64,000 nucleotides of DNA from Hyphomicrobium sp. (GCF_020852195.1 NZ_JADZBI010000137.1:3433-67432); one strand, 5' to 3'; positions 38,162-48,109 are shown, numbered from the stretch's first letter. Numbers and translations: made by a program. Notes: generated by a model not told the origin, from the letters alone.

Positions 38162-39031
38162 ATGAGAAAGATCCTCGGAGTGACCAACAGCCCGCAGGCC
38201 CACTGGGTCGGCGACGGCTTCCCCGTGCGCTCGCTGCTCTCGCCCGAGAGCGGCCTGTCGCCGTTCCTGCTGCTCGACTATGCGGGACCGGCTACATTCG
38301 CGCCGACGGATCGGCCACGCGGGGTGGGGCAGCATCCGCACCGCGGGTTCGAGACCGTCACCATCGTCTACCAGGGCGAGCTCGCGCACCGTGACTCCAC
38401 CGGCAACGGCGGCACGATCGGTCCGGGCGACGTGCAGTGGATGACGGCGGCCTCGGGCATCCTGCACGAGGAGTTCCATTCGGAGGCGTTCACCCGCACG
38501 GGCGGAACGCTCGAGATGGTGCAGCTCTGGGTCAACCTGCCCGCCAAGGACAAGAAGGCGCCTCCGGGCTACCAGACGCTCCTCAACGCCGACATCCCGT
38601 CCGTCGATCTCGCGGACGGGGCGGGGCGCGTGCGGGTGATCGCGGGCGACTACGAGGGCCAGACGGGACCGGCGCGGACGTTCACGCCGATCAACATCTG
38701 GGACCTCCGGCTCGCGCGCGACAAGACCACGACGCTCACGCTGCCCGAGGGACACACGGTCGCCTTGGCGGTGCTCGGCGGAACGGTGCTGGTCAACGGC
38801 GAGGAGGTCGTGCGGAGCGGACAGCTCGTCGCGTTCGAAAGGAGCGGCGGCGCCATCACGCTCGAGGCCAACAACGACGTGACGGTGCTCGTTCTCTCGG
38901 GCGAGCCGATCAACGAGCAGGTGGTGGCGCATGGGCCGTTCGTGATGAACACGGTCGGTGAGATCAAGCAGGCCATGCTCGACTTCGAGCAGGGCCGCTT
39001 CGGCGCCATGACGGCCGAGACGCTGCACTAG
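38162..39031 (+). CDS. Pirin family protein
   Basis: HWVGDGFPVRS, PFLLLDY, HPHRGFETVT, QWMTAASGILHEE and GPFVMN. Confidence 0.95.
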   Translation: MRKILGVTNSPQAHWVGDGFPVRSLLSPESGLSPFLLLDYAGPATFAPTDRPRGVGQHPHRGFETVTIVYQGELAHRDSTGNGGTIGPGDVQWMTAASGILHEEFHSEAFTRTGGTLEMVQLWVNLPAKDKKAPPGYQTLLNADIPSVDLADGAGRVRVIAGDYEGQTGPARTFTPINIWDLRLARDKTTTLTLPEGHTVALAVLGGTVLVNGEEVVRSGQLVAFERSGGAITLEANNDVTVLVLSGEPINEQVVAHGPFVMNTVGEIKQAMLDFEQGRFGAMTAETLH

Positions 39032-39037
39032 GCGTAT

Positions 39038-39076
39038 CCCCCTCTCCCCGTTTTTACGGGAAGAGGGGGCTTTTAT
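39038..39076. terminator. Hairpin between the convergent pirin and ABC genes (terminator or small repeat)
   Basis: CCCCCTCTCCCCG/CGGGAAGAGGGGG stem followed by CTTTTATT. Confidence 0.6.
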
Positions 39077-40875
39077 TACTCCGCGGCGCGGAGGTCGCTC
39101 GTCTGGCGCTCGAACAGGTGCCGGTAGCGGCCGTTCGGGCGGCGGATCAGCTCGCCGTGCGGGCCGTCCTCGACGATTCGGCCCGCCTCGAACACCAGGA
39201 TGCGATCGAGCGCGCGTACCGTCGACAGGCGGTGGGCGATAACGATCGCCGTGCGCCCTTTCAACAGCCGCTCGACTGCTGCCTGGATCGCCTGCTCCGA
39301 CTCCGAGTCGAGGCTCGACGTGGCCTCGTCCAGGATCAGGATCGGCGCATCGGCGAGGAACGCACGCGCGATGGCGATGCGCTGGCGCTCGCCGCCCGAC
39401 AGCTTCACGCCGCGCTCGCCGACGAGCGTCTGATAGCCCTTCGGCAGGCGGGCGATGAAGTCGTGCGCATTGGCCAGACGTGCCGCCCGCTCGATCTCCG
39501 CCTCCGACGCGCCCGGCCGCGCGTAGCCGATGTTCTCGGCCAACGTGCGGTGGAACAGGATCGGCTCCTGCGGGACGATGGCGATCTGCGAGCGCAGCGA
39601 CTGCTGCGTCACGCCGGACACATCCTGTCCGTCGATCAGGACGCGGCCGCCCGTGACGTCGTAGAGCCGCTGGACCAGCTTCACGAACGTCGTCTTGCCC
39701 GAGCCCGAGTGGCCGACGAGGCCCACACGCTCGCCGCCCCGGATCACGACCGAGAGGTCGCTATAGAGCGGCGTCTCGTGCGCGCCGTAGTGGAAGGCCA
39801 CGTCCTCGAACCGCACCTCGCCGGCCGTGATCCGCATGCGTGCCGCGTCCGGGCGATCCGCGATGCCGATGGGCGTGGCATGCAGCTCCACCAGCTCGTC
39901 CATCTCGTTGACGGAACGCTGCAGGTTGTGCACGTGCATGCCCACGTCGCGCAGATAGCCGTGCACGACGAAGTACGTCGTTAGCAGGTACGTCACGTCG
40001 CCGGGCGTAGCGCGGTCTATCCACCAGAGCCAGATACCGGCGCCGGCGAGCAACGAGCGCACGAGCAGCAGCACCACGTGCTGGCCCGTTCCCGCTAGCG
40101 TGTGGCGGAACCACGTGCGCGCGCTGCGCCGGCTCCATTTGGCTAGGACACGGGCAAGCCGCGCATCCTCGCGCGCCTCGGCGCCATACGCCTTGACGAC
40201 GGCGTTGCAACCCAGCGCGTCGGCCAGCGTGCCGCCGATGCGCGTGTCCCAGGCGTTCGAGAGCTTGGAGGCCGGCGCGATGTAGAACACGGCGAGTGAG
40301 ACGGTCATGGCGACGTAGGCCGCAGCACCCAGCGCGACGATCAGGCCCATCAACGGCCACTGCACGGCGAGCAGCACCGTCGTCGCGACGAGCACGAATG
40401 CGGACGGCAACAGCGCGAGGAGCAGCGTATCGTTCAACTGGTCAACCGCCCACATGCCGCGCGTGACCTTGCGCATCACCGAGCCCGAGAAGCTGTTGGC
40501 GTGCCAATCCGTCGAGAAACGCTGCACGCGCGCGAACGTCTCCTGCGCGATGTCCGTCATCATGCCGAGCGACAGCGGGATCACGCCGAGCCAGCCGTAG
40601 TGGCGCAGGCCCACCATGGCGACGCCGAGCGCGATCATGATGCCGAACGCCTCCAGCGCGCGTGCGAGCGCAACCTCGCGCGCCGTGTCGGCGACCAGAA
40701 GCGCGTCGACAAGGCGGCCCGAGAAGAACGGAATGAACACGTCGGCCAGCGTGGCGAGCAGGATGGCGCCGGCGACCCGGGCCACCATCAGCTTGCGCCG
40801 GCGCCAGTGGCCGGCGGCATAGGCGAGCACGGCGCTGATCGCCGCGCGTTCGCCGTTGCGGTTCTCACTTGTCAT
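39076..40875 (-). CDS. Type IV ABC exporter (fused permease and ATPase)
   Basis: Six-TM domain, then GHSGSGKTT, LSGGERQRIAIAR, ILDEATSSLD and AHRLST. Confidence 0.92.
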   Translation of the reverse strand: MTSENRNGERAAISAVLAYAAGHWRRRKLMVARVAGAILLATLADVFIPFFSGRLVDALLVADTAREVALARALEAFGIMIALGVAMVGLRHYGWLGVIPLSLGMMTDIAQETFARVQRFSTDWHANSFSGSVMRKVTRGMWAVDQLNDTLLLALLPSAFVLVATTVLLAVQWPLMGLIVALGAAAYVAMTVSLAVFYIAPASKLSNAWDTRIGGTLADALGCNAVVKAYGAEAREDARLARVLAKWSRRSARTWFRHTLAGTGQHVVLLLVRSLLAGAGIWLWWIDRATPGDVTYLLTTYFVVHGYLRDVGMHVHNLQRSVNEMDELVELHATPIGIADRPDAARMRITAGEVRFEDVAFHYGAHETPLYSDLSVVIRGGERVGLVGHSGSGKTTFVKLVQRLYDVTGGRVLIDGQDVSGVTQQSLRSQIAIVPQEPILFHRTLAENIGYARPGASEAEIERAARLANAHDFIARLPKGYQTLVGERGVKLSGGERQRIAIARAFLADAPILILDEATSSLDSESEQAIQAAVERLLKGRTAIVIAHRLSTVRALDRILVFEAGRIVEDGPHGELIRRPNGRYRHLFERQTSDLRAAE

Positions 40876-41017
40876 CACACATTCGGCGCGGTGCGCCGTC
40901 TCCGAAGGATTGGGGCGCGCAAGACGCACGTCGGGCGGGCGTCTGCGGTCCAGAACAAATTTTGGGAATTGCCTTGTCGGCAAGGGCGATCGCGCGGGCG
41001 ATCCAAGGACGGTGCGG

Positions 41018-41071
41018 CTAACCGTGCCGGACGGTCCAAACCGAGAAGAGGCGCATACGTGTCACAATCAT
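41018..41071 (-). CDS. Putative leader peptide MIVTRMRLFSVWTVRHG upstream of the ABC exporter
   Basis: GGGAGG 5 nt before ATG. Ends about 140 nt before the exporter start and is followed by several hairpins. Below the ORF-track size cutoff. Confidence 0.6.
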   Translation of the reverse strand: MIVTRMRLFSVWTVRHG

Positions 41072-41258
41072 GTCGTCCTCCCCGGTTGCGTTGATGATGG
41101 GCCGGCTATACCAGCCGGCGGTGCCCGTGACAAGCCGAGCGCCGTCACGGCCTCGACTTTCATATGCCTATCCGGCGATTTGATGGCGCCGCAGGGTCCA
41201 GACGGACGAGGCTTCACCGACACGCATGATCCTGCCGACGTCGCGCGCGTGGAAGCTT

Positions 41259-41351
41259 GCGTGGATCCCGGCCTACGCCGGGATGACGTTGAGTGGTGGC
41301 GGGACGGTGCGACCAAAATGACGTCATGCCGGCGAAGTCCGGCACCCACGC
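41259..41351. repeat. Inverted pair of REP-like palindromic elements
   Basis: GCGTGGATCCCGGCCTACGCCGGGATGACG (41259-41288) and CGTCATGCCGGCGAAGTCCGGCACCCACGC (41322-41351) are near reverse complements, each with an internal hairpin. Confidence 0.75.
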
Positions 41352-41404
41352 CAGTCTCAACGCTTGGGCGGGTAGACGTCAGGATTCGACCGTGACGTGT
41401 TGGC

Positions 41405-42193
41405 TCAGACCACGCTGCGCACGAGACCGCCCTCGGCGCGGATCGCGGCGCCGTTGATGGCCGCGGCGCGGTCGGAGCAGACGAAGGCCACCACGTCGCC
41501 GATCTCCTTGGGGTCGATCAGGCGGCCGATCAGCGACGTCGGGCGGTTCTCGGCGATGAACTTGCGCTCGGCGTCGGCGAAACTCAGGCCCGCGTAGATG
41601 CCGCCGATGAACTCCTCGACGCCCGGCGTGCGCGTGGGACCCGGCAGCACCGAGTTCACGGTCACGCGCGTGTTCTTGGTCAGCTCGGCCAGTGAGCGGG
41701 AGATGGCGAGCTGCATGGTCTTGGTGGCGCTGTAGTGGGCCATCTCGGGTGCGGGGTTCACGCCGGATTCACTCGATATGAAAATCACGCGACCGTGACC
41801 GCGGTCGAGCATGCCGCGCAAGTAGTGGCGCGTGAGGCGCACGCCGCTCATGATGTTGACCTCGAACAGGCGCTGCCACGCCTCGTCCGTCTCGTCGAAA
41901 AATCCGACCGCCTCGTAGATGCCGAGGTTGTTGACCAGGATATCGACCGAGGGCAGCGCCGCGATCGTGGCCGCACAGCCTTGTGCCGTGCCGTTGTCGG
42001 CCGCGAGCGGCACGAGGTCGGCGTTCGGGAGCCCTGCGCGTATGTCGGCGATCGCCTTGTCGACGCTCGCCTGCGTGCGGCCGTTGACGACCACGCGCGC
42101 GCCGTCGGCGGCGAGCGCACGGGCTATCTCGAGCCCGATGCCTCCGGACGAGGCCGTGACCAACGCCGTCTTGCCTGCGAGATTGAGATCCAT
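41405..42193 (-). CDS. Short-chain dehydrogenase/reductase (SDR)
   Basis: [14 protein letters not shown], catalytic YSATK and VNSVLPGPT. Confidence 0.93.
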   Translation of the reverse strand: MDLNLAGKTALVTASSGGIGLEIARALAADGARVVVNGRTQASVDKAIADIRAGLPNADLVPLAADNGTAQGCAATIAALPSVDILVNNLGIYEAVGFFDETDEAWQRLFEVNIMSGVRLTRHYLRGMLDRGHGRVIFISSESGVNPAPEMAHYSATKTMQLAISRSLAELTKNTRVTVNSVLPGPTRTPGVEEFIGGIYAGLSFADAERKFIAENRPTSLIGRLIDPKEIGDVVAFVCSDRAAAINGAAIRAEGGLVRSVV

Positions 42194-42268
42194 CCGTTTG
42201 CCCTCGTTTCTGGTCGGAGTTCGAGTTCTTGCGTGCCGTTACGTGCCGCATGATGCGTCAGATCAGCC

Positions 42269-43180
42269 TCACGGCGTTGCGGCGACAGCAGCACTCCTTT
42301 TCGGCGGGGTTCGGCTCTCGCGGCCCACGGAGGCGAACTCCTCGCGCAGCACCGCGGCCAGCTCGGTCGCCATGTCGTTCTGCGTGTTGCGCGGCAGGTA
42401 GAGATTGACGTGGCAGGTCGGCAATCTGGGAAGGCCGGCGGCGTCGCTCAAGATGGCGAGCCTCTTCGGCGCGGCGCACGAGAGCATCGGCGCCACCGCG
42501 AGATCCGCCTCCAGCGTGGCGATCATGGGCTCGAGGCTGTTGCTCTCGCTGACGGGACGCCATTGGCGATGCCACTTGGCCAGCGCCGCCAGCGCGTAGG
42601 GGCGGAAGGCGCAGGTGTCGGCGCCGAGGGAGACGGGCAGCGGATCCCTGAGATAGGCATCGCCGCCGTCAGCGCCGACCCATACGAGCTGGTCGACGAG
42701 CAGGCTTTCGGCGCGCGCAGGGCGCGCGGCTTCGGTGGTCAGCGTGAGGTCCAGCTCGCCGCGGCTCAGGGCTTCCAGCAGCAGGCGTGAGGTGCTGGTC
42801 ATCAGCGAGACACGTACGTTCGGAAAGCGCTTGTCGAAAAGGCGCAGCACCTTGGGCAGGAAACGGGCAACGAGATCGTACGGCACGCCGAGACGCACCT
42901 CACCGTCGAAGGCGGGTGCCGCCATGGCGCGCCATGTCTCGTCGTTCAACGCAATCAGCTTCTGGGCGTACGGCAAGAGCCGCTCACCGTCCGGGCTCAA
43001 CACCAGCCGGCGTTGCGTGCGCACGAACATGGGCTTGCCGATGAGCTCCTCGAGTCGCTTGATCTGCTGGCTCACCGCGGCCTGCGTGAGGCTCAGCGTG
43101 CCGGCCGCCTCCGTCACCGAGCCGGTCTCGACGACAGCGGTGAAGGCGCGCAGAAGCCCCATGTCGATGTTGCGCACCAT
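42269..43180 (-). CDS. LysR family transcriptional regulator
   Basis: LLRAF...SVTEAA..LSLTQAAVSQQIKRLEE HTH, followed by a substrate-binding domain. Confidence 0.93.
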   Translation of the reverse strand: MVRNIDMGLLRAFTAVVETGSVTEAAGTLSLTQAAVSQQIKRLEELIGKPMFVRTQRRLVLSPDGERLLPYAQKLIALNDETWRAMAAPAFDGEVRLGVPYDLVARFLPKVLRLFDKRFPNVRVSLMTSTSRLLLEALSRGELDLTLTTEAARPARAESLLVDQLVWVGADGGDAYLRDPLPVSLGADTCAFRPYALAALAKWHRQWRPVSESNSLEPMIATLEADLAVAPMLSCAAPKRLAILSDAAGLPRLPTCHVNLYLPRNTQNDMATELAAVLREEFASVGRESRTPPKRSAAVAATP

Positions 43181-43286
43181 GGCCGCACTCCATAACGATC
43201 CGTTATGCGTAATATGAATTACATTTGCTTCACTAATACAAAGATGTGCCCTAAGACACGCCTCCGCGCAAGCCCCGGAATGTCCA

Positions 43287-43505
43287 ATGGACCACACGTC
43301 GTGCATCCCCCACTGCCCCGCGTCACGCCGCAAAACGGCTGCGCGGCTGACGCAGGCCCTCTCCTGGGCCGAGGCCGTCTTCCGCACCGTCCGCGAGCGC
43401 CGTCAACTCATGGCGCTCGACGAGCGGGCGCTTCAGGATATCGGGGTCAGCCGCGCCGATGCGTACGAGGAATGGCGGAGACCGTTCTGGGACCTTCCGC
43501 ACTGA
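43287..43505 (+). CDS. DUF1127 (YjiS-like) small protein
   Basis: RERRQLMALDERALQDIGVSRAD...RPFW motif. Confidence 0.88.
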   Translation: MDHTSCIPHCPASRRKTAARLTQALSWAEAVFRTVRERRQLMALDERALQDIGVSRADAYEEWRRPFWDLPH

Positions 43506-43569
43506 CAGTGAAAGCGCGCGTGCGCACGGCTATGCTGGTTGCGCCATCAGTCATCGAGACGTCCTCCTT

Positions 43570-44190
43570 ATGCCAGCCGATCTCCTGCTTGCGCTCGTCG
43601 GGTACGCGATCGCCTCCTCCATCACCCCCGGCCCCAACAATCTCCTCGTGCTCACCTCCGGGCTCAATCACGGCGTCCCGCGCTCGCTGCCCCTGATCGT
43701 GGGCATCAGCCTCGGCTTTGCCTTCATGGTGATCGTCGTGGGGATCGGCCTCGGCTCGCTCATCCATTCGAACCCGGGCTTTCACGCGGCGGCGAAGGCG
43801 CTCGGCGTCGCCTACATGCTGTGGCTCGCCTGGAAGGTGGCAACGAGTGCGCCGAGCCTCAACGCCGGAGACGATACGCGTGCGGTGCGTCCGCTGTCGG
43901 CCGCAACCGGCGCCGTGTTTCAATGGGTCAATCCCAAGGCCTGGGCGGTCGCGCTGTCAGCAACCGCCGCTTTCTCCGCGCCGGAAGCGGGGTTGTCGGG
44001 TCTCGCCTGGGTCGCGTCCGTGTTTGTCGTCATCGCGCTTGCGTCGCTCAGCGCCTGGGCCGCCTTCGGCAGCTTCATGCGCCGCCTTGTCGACAGCCCA
44101 TCGCACGTCCGTACGTTCAACATCGTCATGGCGCTGTTCCTGGTCGCAAGCGCGCTGCCGGTGGCCTACGACCGTGCCACCTCCTCCTAA
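43570..44190 (+). CDS. LysE family translocator
   Basis: ITPGPNNL, YMLWLAWK and FQWVNPKAW. Confidence 0.92.
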   Translation: MPADLLLALVGYAIASSITPGPNNLLVLTSGLNHGVPRSLPLIVGISLGFAFMVIVVGIGLGSLIHSNPGFHAAAKALGVAYMLWLAWKVATSAPSLNAGDDTRAVRPLSAATGAVFQWVNPKAWAVALSATAAFSAPEAGLSGLAWVASVFVVIALASLSAWAAFGSFMRRLVDSPSHVRTFNIVMALFLVASALPVAYDRATSS

Positions 44191-44204
44191 CGATCGAGCT
44201 CACG

Positions 44205-44825
44205 ATGGCCCAACCGCAACTCGAGTTTTGGTTCGACTTCGGGTCGACCTATTCCTACCCCGCCTCACAGCGCATCCAGGCGCTGGCGCGTGAGGCCGAG
44301 GTGCAGGTCCGATTCCGTCCGTTCATGCTGGGTGCCATCTTCAAGGCGCAGGGCTGGAGCACCTCACCGTTCAACCTCTATCCCGCCAAGGGCCGCTATA
44401 TGTGGCGGGACCTGGCGCGCATCTGCACCGAGCTGAGCTTACCCCTCGTGCGGCCGGAGCCTTTCCCGCAGAACAGTCTGCTCGCGGCACGCGTCGCTGT
44501 CGCGGCGGCCGACGAAGCGTGGTTGGGCGACTACTGCGTGCAGGTGTTCCGCGAGGCGTTCGCGCATGGCCGTCCCATCGCCGACGCGGGCATCATTCAA
44601 TCCGTCGTCGAACGTTTCGCCACGGACGCGCTGCGCTTTCTCGAACTCGCGCAAACGGCCGAGATCAAGGAGCGGCTGCGGGCAGAGACCGAGCGTGCGG
44701 GGGAGATGGGAATTTTCGGCGCACCGACCTTCGTTGCAGCGGACGGCGAGCTGTTCTGGGGCAACGATCGACTCGAAAGCGCACTCGCGTGGGCACGGAG
44801 CACGCATGCTGCCCAGCGCTCGTGA
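44205..44825 (+). CDS. HCCA isomerase / DsbA-like glutathione transferase
   Basis: FWFDFGSTYSY, KGRYMWRDLAR, GIFGAPTF and FWGNDRL. Confidence 0.9.
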   Translation: MAQPQLEFWFDFGSTYSYPASQRIQALAREAEVQVRFRPFMLGAIFKAQGWSTSPFNLYPAKGRYMWRDLARICTELSLPLVRPEPFPQNSLLAARVAVAAADEAWLGDYCVQVFREAFAHGRPIADAGIIQSVVERFATDALRFLELAQTAEIKERLRAETERAGEMGIFGAPTFVAADGELFWGNDRLESALAWARSTHAAQRS

Positions 44826-45133
44826 CCGTTTCCATGGCGCCTTGGCGCCTGCTTAGCAGCAGAAACCGCTTTCTTCCGGCCTTTCGGAGAATCGCTTAGG
44901 TTGTCAACCCAGTTTGCAGTCCGAGGGGACGCGCGCTAGAACTGCTTTGAATTCAACGGAGAAGATGCGACAGAAGCGCACCGTATTCGTCGGGCTCGCG
45001 TCCGGCATGCCACTCTAGAGGTATGTTGGCGGCGCTCGTTTGTTCGTACTTATGGTCTATTTTATCACATCCCCGGGGCGATCCATAAGTTATAGGATTC
45101 TATGAGCTCGCCTCGCCCGCAAAGTGTTTTCTC

Positions 45134-46234
45134 ATGATCTCACTCAGAGACTTGACTGCAAGCCAACGCACCTTGCTGGGGGTTGGAGCGGCTTCCGTCG
45201 TTGCTGCGCTGCTTGTACTTCTCTCGGCTTCCGATCTCGATTTGACCGCCTTCAGGACGCTGCGCGCCGTGCATGTCAACGGAGCGGGCAACGTCGTCGA
45301 AACGCGCTACAATCCCATCGCCATTGTCGGACTCGCGCTGATCGGGGTGGCGATCCTCGGCGCCCTCGGACTTGTCTTTGCGAGCTTTCTGCGTCTCCTG
45401 CCCAAGTTTGCCGGTGGCATTCTCGGCGCACCGAGCGACGCCCTCGCGCAGGCCGGACAAAAGCTCGATCAGGAGCTCGGCAAGGTGCTCGGACACATCC
45501 GCGCCCACATCACCACCAACGAGAGCTACGCCAAATCTCTCGCAAGCGCGCAGTCCCGCCTTTCGGGTCTCTCCGAAGGGGAGCAGGTGCGCGTCATCGT
45601 GAGCCTCCTGGTCGCGGAGAACGAGCGCATGCGCCAGGACAGCGGCCTGCTTCAATCCCGGCTCGAAGATTCTCAAAAGCAGATCCAGTCGCTCCGGTCC
45701 AGCCTCAGCCAAGCAGAGGCGGTGGTGCTCAAGGATCCGCTCACGGGAGCCGGCAACCGGCGCCAGTTCGACGTGACGATGGAGAAGGCGGTTCTCGAGT
45801 GCGAGCGAAACGGGACGACGCTCTCGCTCATCATGTGCGACATCGACCATTTCAAGCGCGTCAACGACGCTTTCGGACATCAGGTCGGCGATGAGCTGAT
45901 CAGGATGTTCGCGCGGGTGATCGAGGGCAGCGTCCGCGACGCGGACACCGTGATCCGATACGGCGGCGAGGAATTCGCCATCGTGCTCCCGCAGACTGAG
46001 CAGGAGGCCGCCCGCAGCATCGCCGAGCGCATCCGCCGCCAGTTCGAAAGCAAGCGGCTGACGATCCGGGAGACCAGCCAGAAGATCGGGCAGCTCACCG
46101 CGTCGTTCGGCGTCGCCGAGTATCGGCCGGGCGACGATGTGGAGACGCTCGTGCAGCGCGCGGACGCGAAGCTCTACGACGCCAAGTCGTCGGGGCGTAA
46201 TCGCGTCGCCTCGTTCGGGCACGGCGACGACTGA
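45134..46234 (+). CDS. Membrane-anchored diguanylate cyclase
   Basis: Two TM helices, a coiled coil, KDPLTG, DIDHFKRVND, RxxD I-site (RDAD) and an intact GGEEF. Confidence 0.92.
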   Translation: MISLRDLTASQRTLLGVGAASVVAALLVLLSASDLDLTAFRTLRAVHVNGAGNVVETRYNPIAIVGLALIGVAILGALGLVFASFLRLLPKFAGGILGAPSDALAQAGQKLDQELGKVLGHIRAHITTNESYAKSLASAQSRLSGLSEGEQVRVIVSLLVAENERMRQDSGLLQSRLEDSQKQIQSLRSSLSQAEAVVLKDPLTGAGNRRQFDVTMEKAVLECERNGTTLSLIMCDIDHFKRVNDAFGHQVGDELIRMFARVIEGSVRDADTVIRYGGEEFAIVLPQTEQEAARSIAERIRRQFESKRLTIRETSQKIGQLTASFGVAEYRPGDDVETLVQRADAKLYDAKSSGRNRVASFGHGDD

Positions 46235-46243
46235 CGGTCCGGC

Positions 46244-48109
46244 TCAGGCGACCGCGGTCGGTATCCCGCTGGCGTCGCCCGATCTGCCTCCCGCGCTCAT
46301 CAAATGAGAATAGTGCTCGATGGGCAGCGGCTTCCCGATCAGGTAGCCCTGCACCTCGTTGCATCCCTGGCTCTGCAGCAGCTCGAGTTGCGCCGCCGTC
46401 TCGACGCCCTCGGCCACGACCAGCCGGCCAATGGCTCTGCCCAGCCCCATGATGGTGTCGACGATGGCGGCAGCGTCCTTGTTGCACACCATGTCCTGAA
46501 TGAAGCTGCGATCGACCTTGATGCGGTCGAACGGAAACGATCTCAGCGTGCTCAGCGACGAATAGCCGGTGCCGAAGTCGTCCATGGCAACGCTGACACC
46601 CAGGGCCTTGAGCTTTTCGAGCGTCTGCAGCGCCGTGTCCGCATCGTAGATGAAGAGGCTCTCGGTCACCTCGATCTCGAGCCGCGAGGCGTCGACCCCG
46701 GTCTCCGCCAACGCGGTCTCGACGAGGTGCGCGAAATCCGCGTGCACGATCTGGGCCGGCGACACATTGACCGCGACGCGCAAGTGTTTCGGCCATTTGG
46801 CGGCCTGCGCCAGCGCCTGGCGCAGGACGAAGGCGCCGATGTCCTCGATGGCGCCGCATGCCTCCGCTGCGGGAATGAACTTTGCCGGCGGGACGAAACC
46901 ATGGATGGGATGGTTCCAGCGCAACAGCGCCTCGAACCCCTTGACCGCGCGCGTCTGGGCATCCGCCTGCGGCTGAAAGACGAGCGAGAGCTGGCCGGCG
47001 ATTGCGGCGACGGAGACATCCCGCTCGAACGCGCGGCGCGCGCGCCGCTCGGCATCGAGGCGGGCCGTGTAAAAGGCGTAACCCGGCCGCCCGGAGCCCT
47101 TGACCTGGCCGAGCGCCGTGTCCGCATGGCCCATCAGCGCGTCGAGATCGACACCGTCGCAGGGGAAGCGGGCAATGCCGATCGATGCCTCGGCCTTGAC
47201 GTCGATATCGGCGTCGAGACGGTATCGCTCGCGCAGCGCCTCGCCGAGCGCAGCCGCCAAGGCATCGAACCCGTGTCCGCCCTCCTCATCCGTCTTCACG
47301 ATCAGGAACTCGTCGGCGCCAAGACGCGCGGTGAGGTCGGCTTCGCCGCATGTCGTCCGGATCCGGTCGGCAACGGCGCACAGCAACCGGTCTCCGATCT
47401 TGTGACCGCGCGCCGCATTGATGCCGCGGAAGCCGTTGAGATCGACGTAGAAGACCGCAACCTCCCTGCCGGACTCGTCTGCGCGCTTGAGAATTCCCGG
47501 GAACTCCTCGGCCAGGAGCGCGCGGTTGCCAAGCCCGGTCAGCGGGTCCGTATAGGCGAGGCGCCGGATGCGGCCCTGGGCATCCCAATGCTCGATGGCG
47601 AGCGCGCACAGATGCACGCAGCGCGCCACGATGCGCTTCTCGAGCGTGCTCGCCCGGCGGGCGCGGCGGAAGTAAAACGCGAACGTGCCCACGACACGGC
47701 CGTCATGCGACTTGATCGGGCTCGACCAACACGCCTTCAGGCCGATGGCGAGGGCGAGATCCTTATAATCGACCCAGCGCGGATCCGTCTTGATGCTCAC
47801 GGCCTCGAAGGCCTTGCCGTAGAACGCAGCGCTGCCGCAGGAGCCGGTCATCGGGCCCACGGGGATTCCATCGATGGCTTGCGAATAGCTGTCGGGCAAG
47901 GACGGCGCGGCGAGCGTCCGCAAGCAGCCGGCGGAGTCGACGCGGAGGACCGAGCAGATGGCGTTCGGGGCCACCTCCTCGGCGCGCCCGCAGAGCAGGC
48001 TCATGACATCGGCCAGAGGCTCGCCCGTGGCAACCGCGACGAGAACCTCGTGCTGGATGTCCTTGAGCCGGTCCTCGATGTGCCGGTCGCGTATGCTCTT
48101 GCCGCTCAC
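46244..48109 (-). CDS. GAF-GGDEF-EAL protein, probably a phosphodiesterase
   Basis: GAF motifs (GSCG, ACWSSPI), degenerate GADEF, intact EAL and DDFGTGYSSL. GTG start after GAGGGA. Confidence 0.9.
   Translation of the reverse strand: MSGKSIRDRHIEDRLKDIQHEVLVAVATGEPLADVMSLLCGRAEEVAPNAICSVLRVDSAGCLRTLAAPSLPDSYSQAIDGIPVGPMTGSCGSAAFYGKAFEAVSIKTDPRWVDYKDLALAIGLKACWSSPIKSHDGRVVGTFAFYFRRARRASTLEKRIVARCVHLCALAIEHWDAQGRIRRLAYTDPLTGLGNRALLAEEFPGILKRADESGREVAVFYVDLNGFRGINAARGHKIGDRLLCAVADRIRTTCGEADLTARLGADEFLIVKTDEEGGHGFDALAAALGEALRERYRLDADIDVKAEASIGIARFPCDGVDLDALMGHADTALGQVKGSGRPGYAFYTARLDAERRARRAFERDVSVAAIAGQLSLVFQPQADAQTRAVKGFEALLRWNHPIHGFVPPAKFIPAAEACGAIEDIGAFVLRQALAQAAKWPKHLRVAVNVSPAQIVHADFAHLVETALAETGVDASRLEIEVTESLFIYDADTALQTLEKLKALGVSVAMDDFGTGYSSLSTLRSFPFDRIKVDRSFIQDMVCNKDAAAIVDTIMGLGRAIGRLVVAEGVETAAQLELLQSQGCNEVQGYLIGKPLPIEHYSHLMSAGGRSGDASGIPTAVA

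Noticed and set aside
44826-45133. c-di-GMP riboswitch or sRNA upstream of the diguanylate cyclase
   Set aside because: No GEMM-type GGCAAAC/GAAA tetraloop-receptor pattern or clear terminator was seen.
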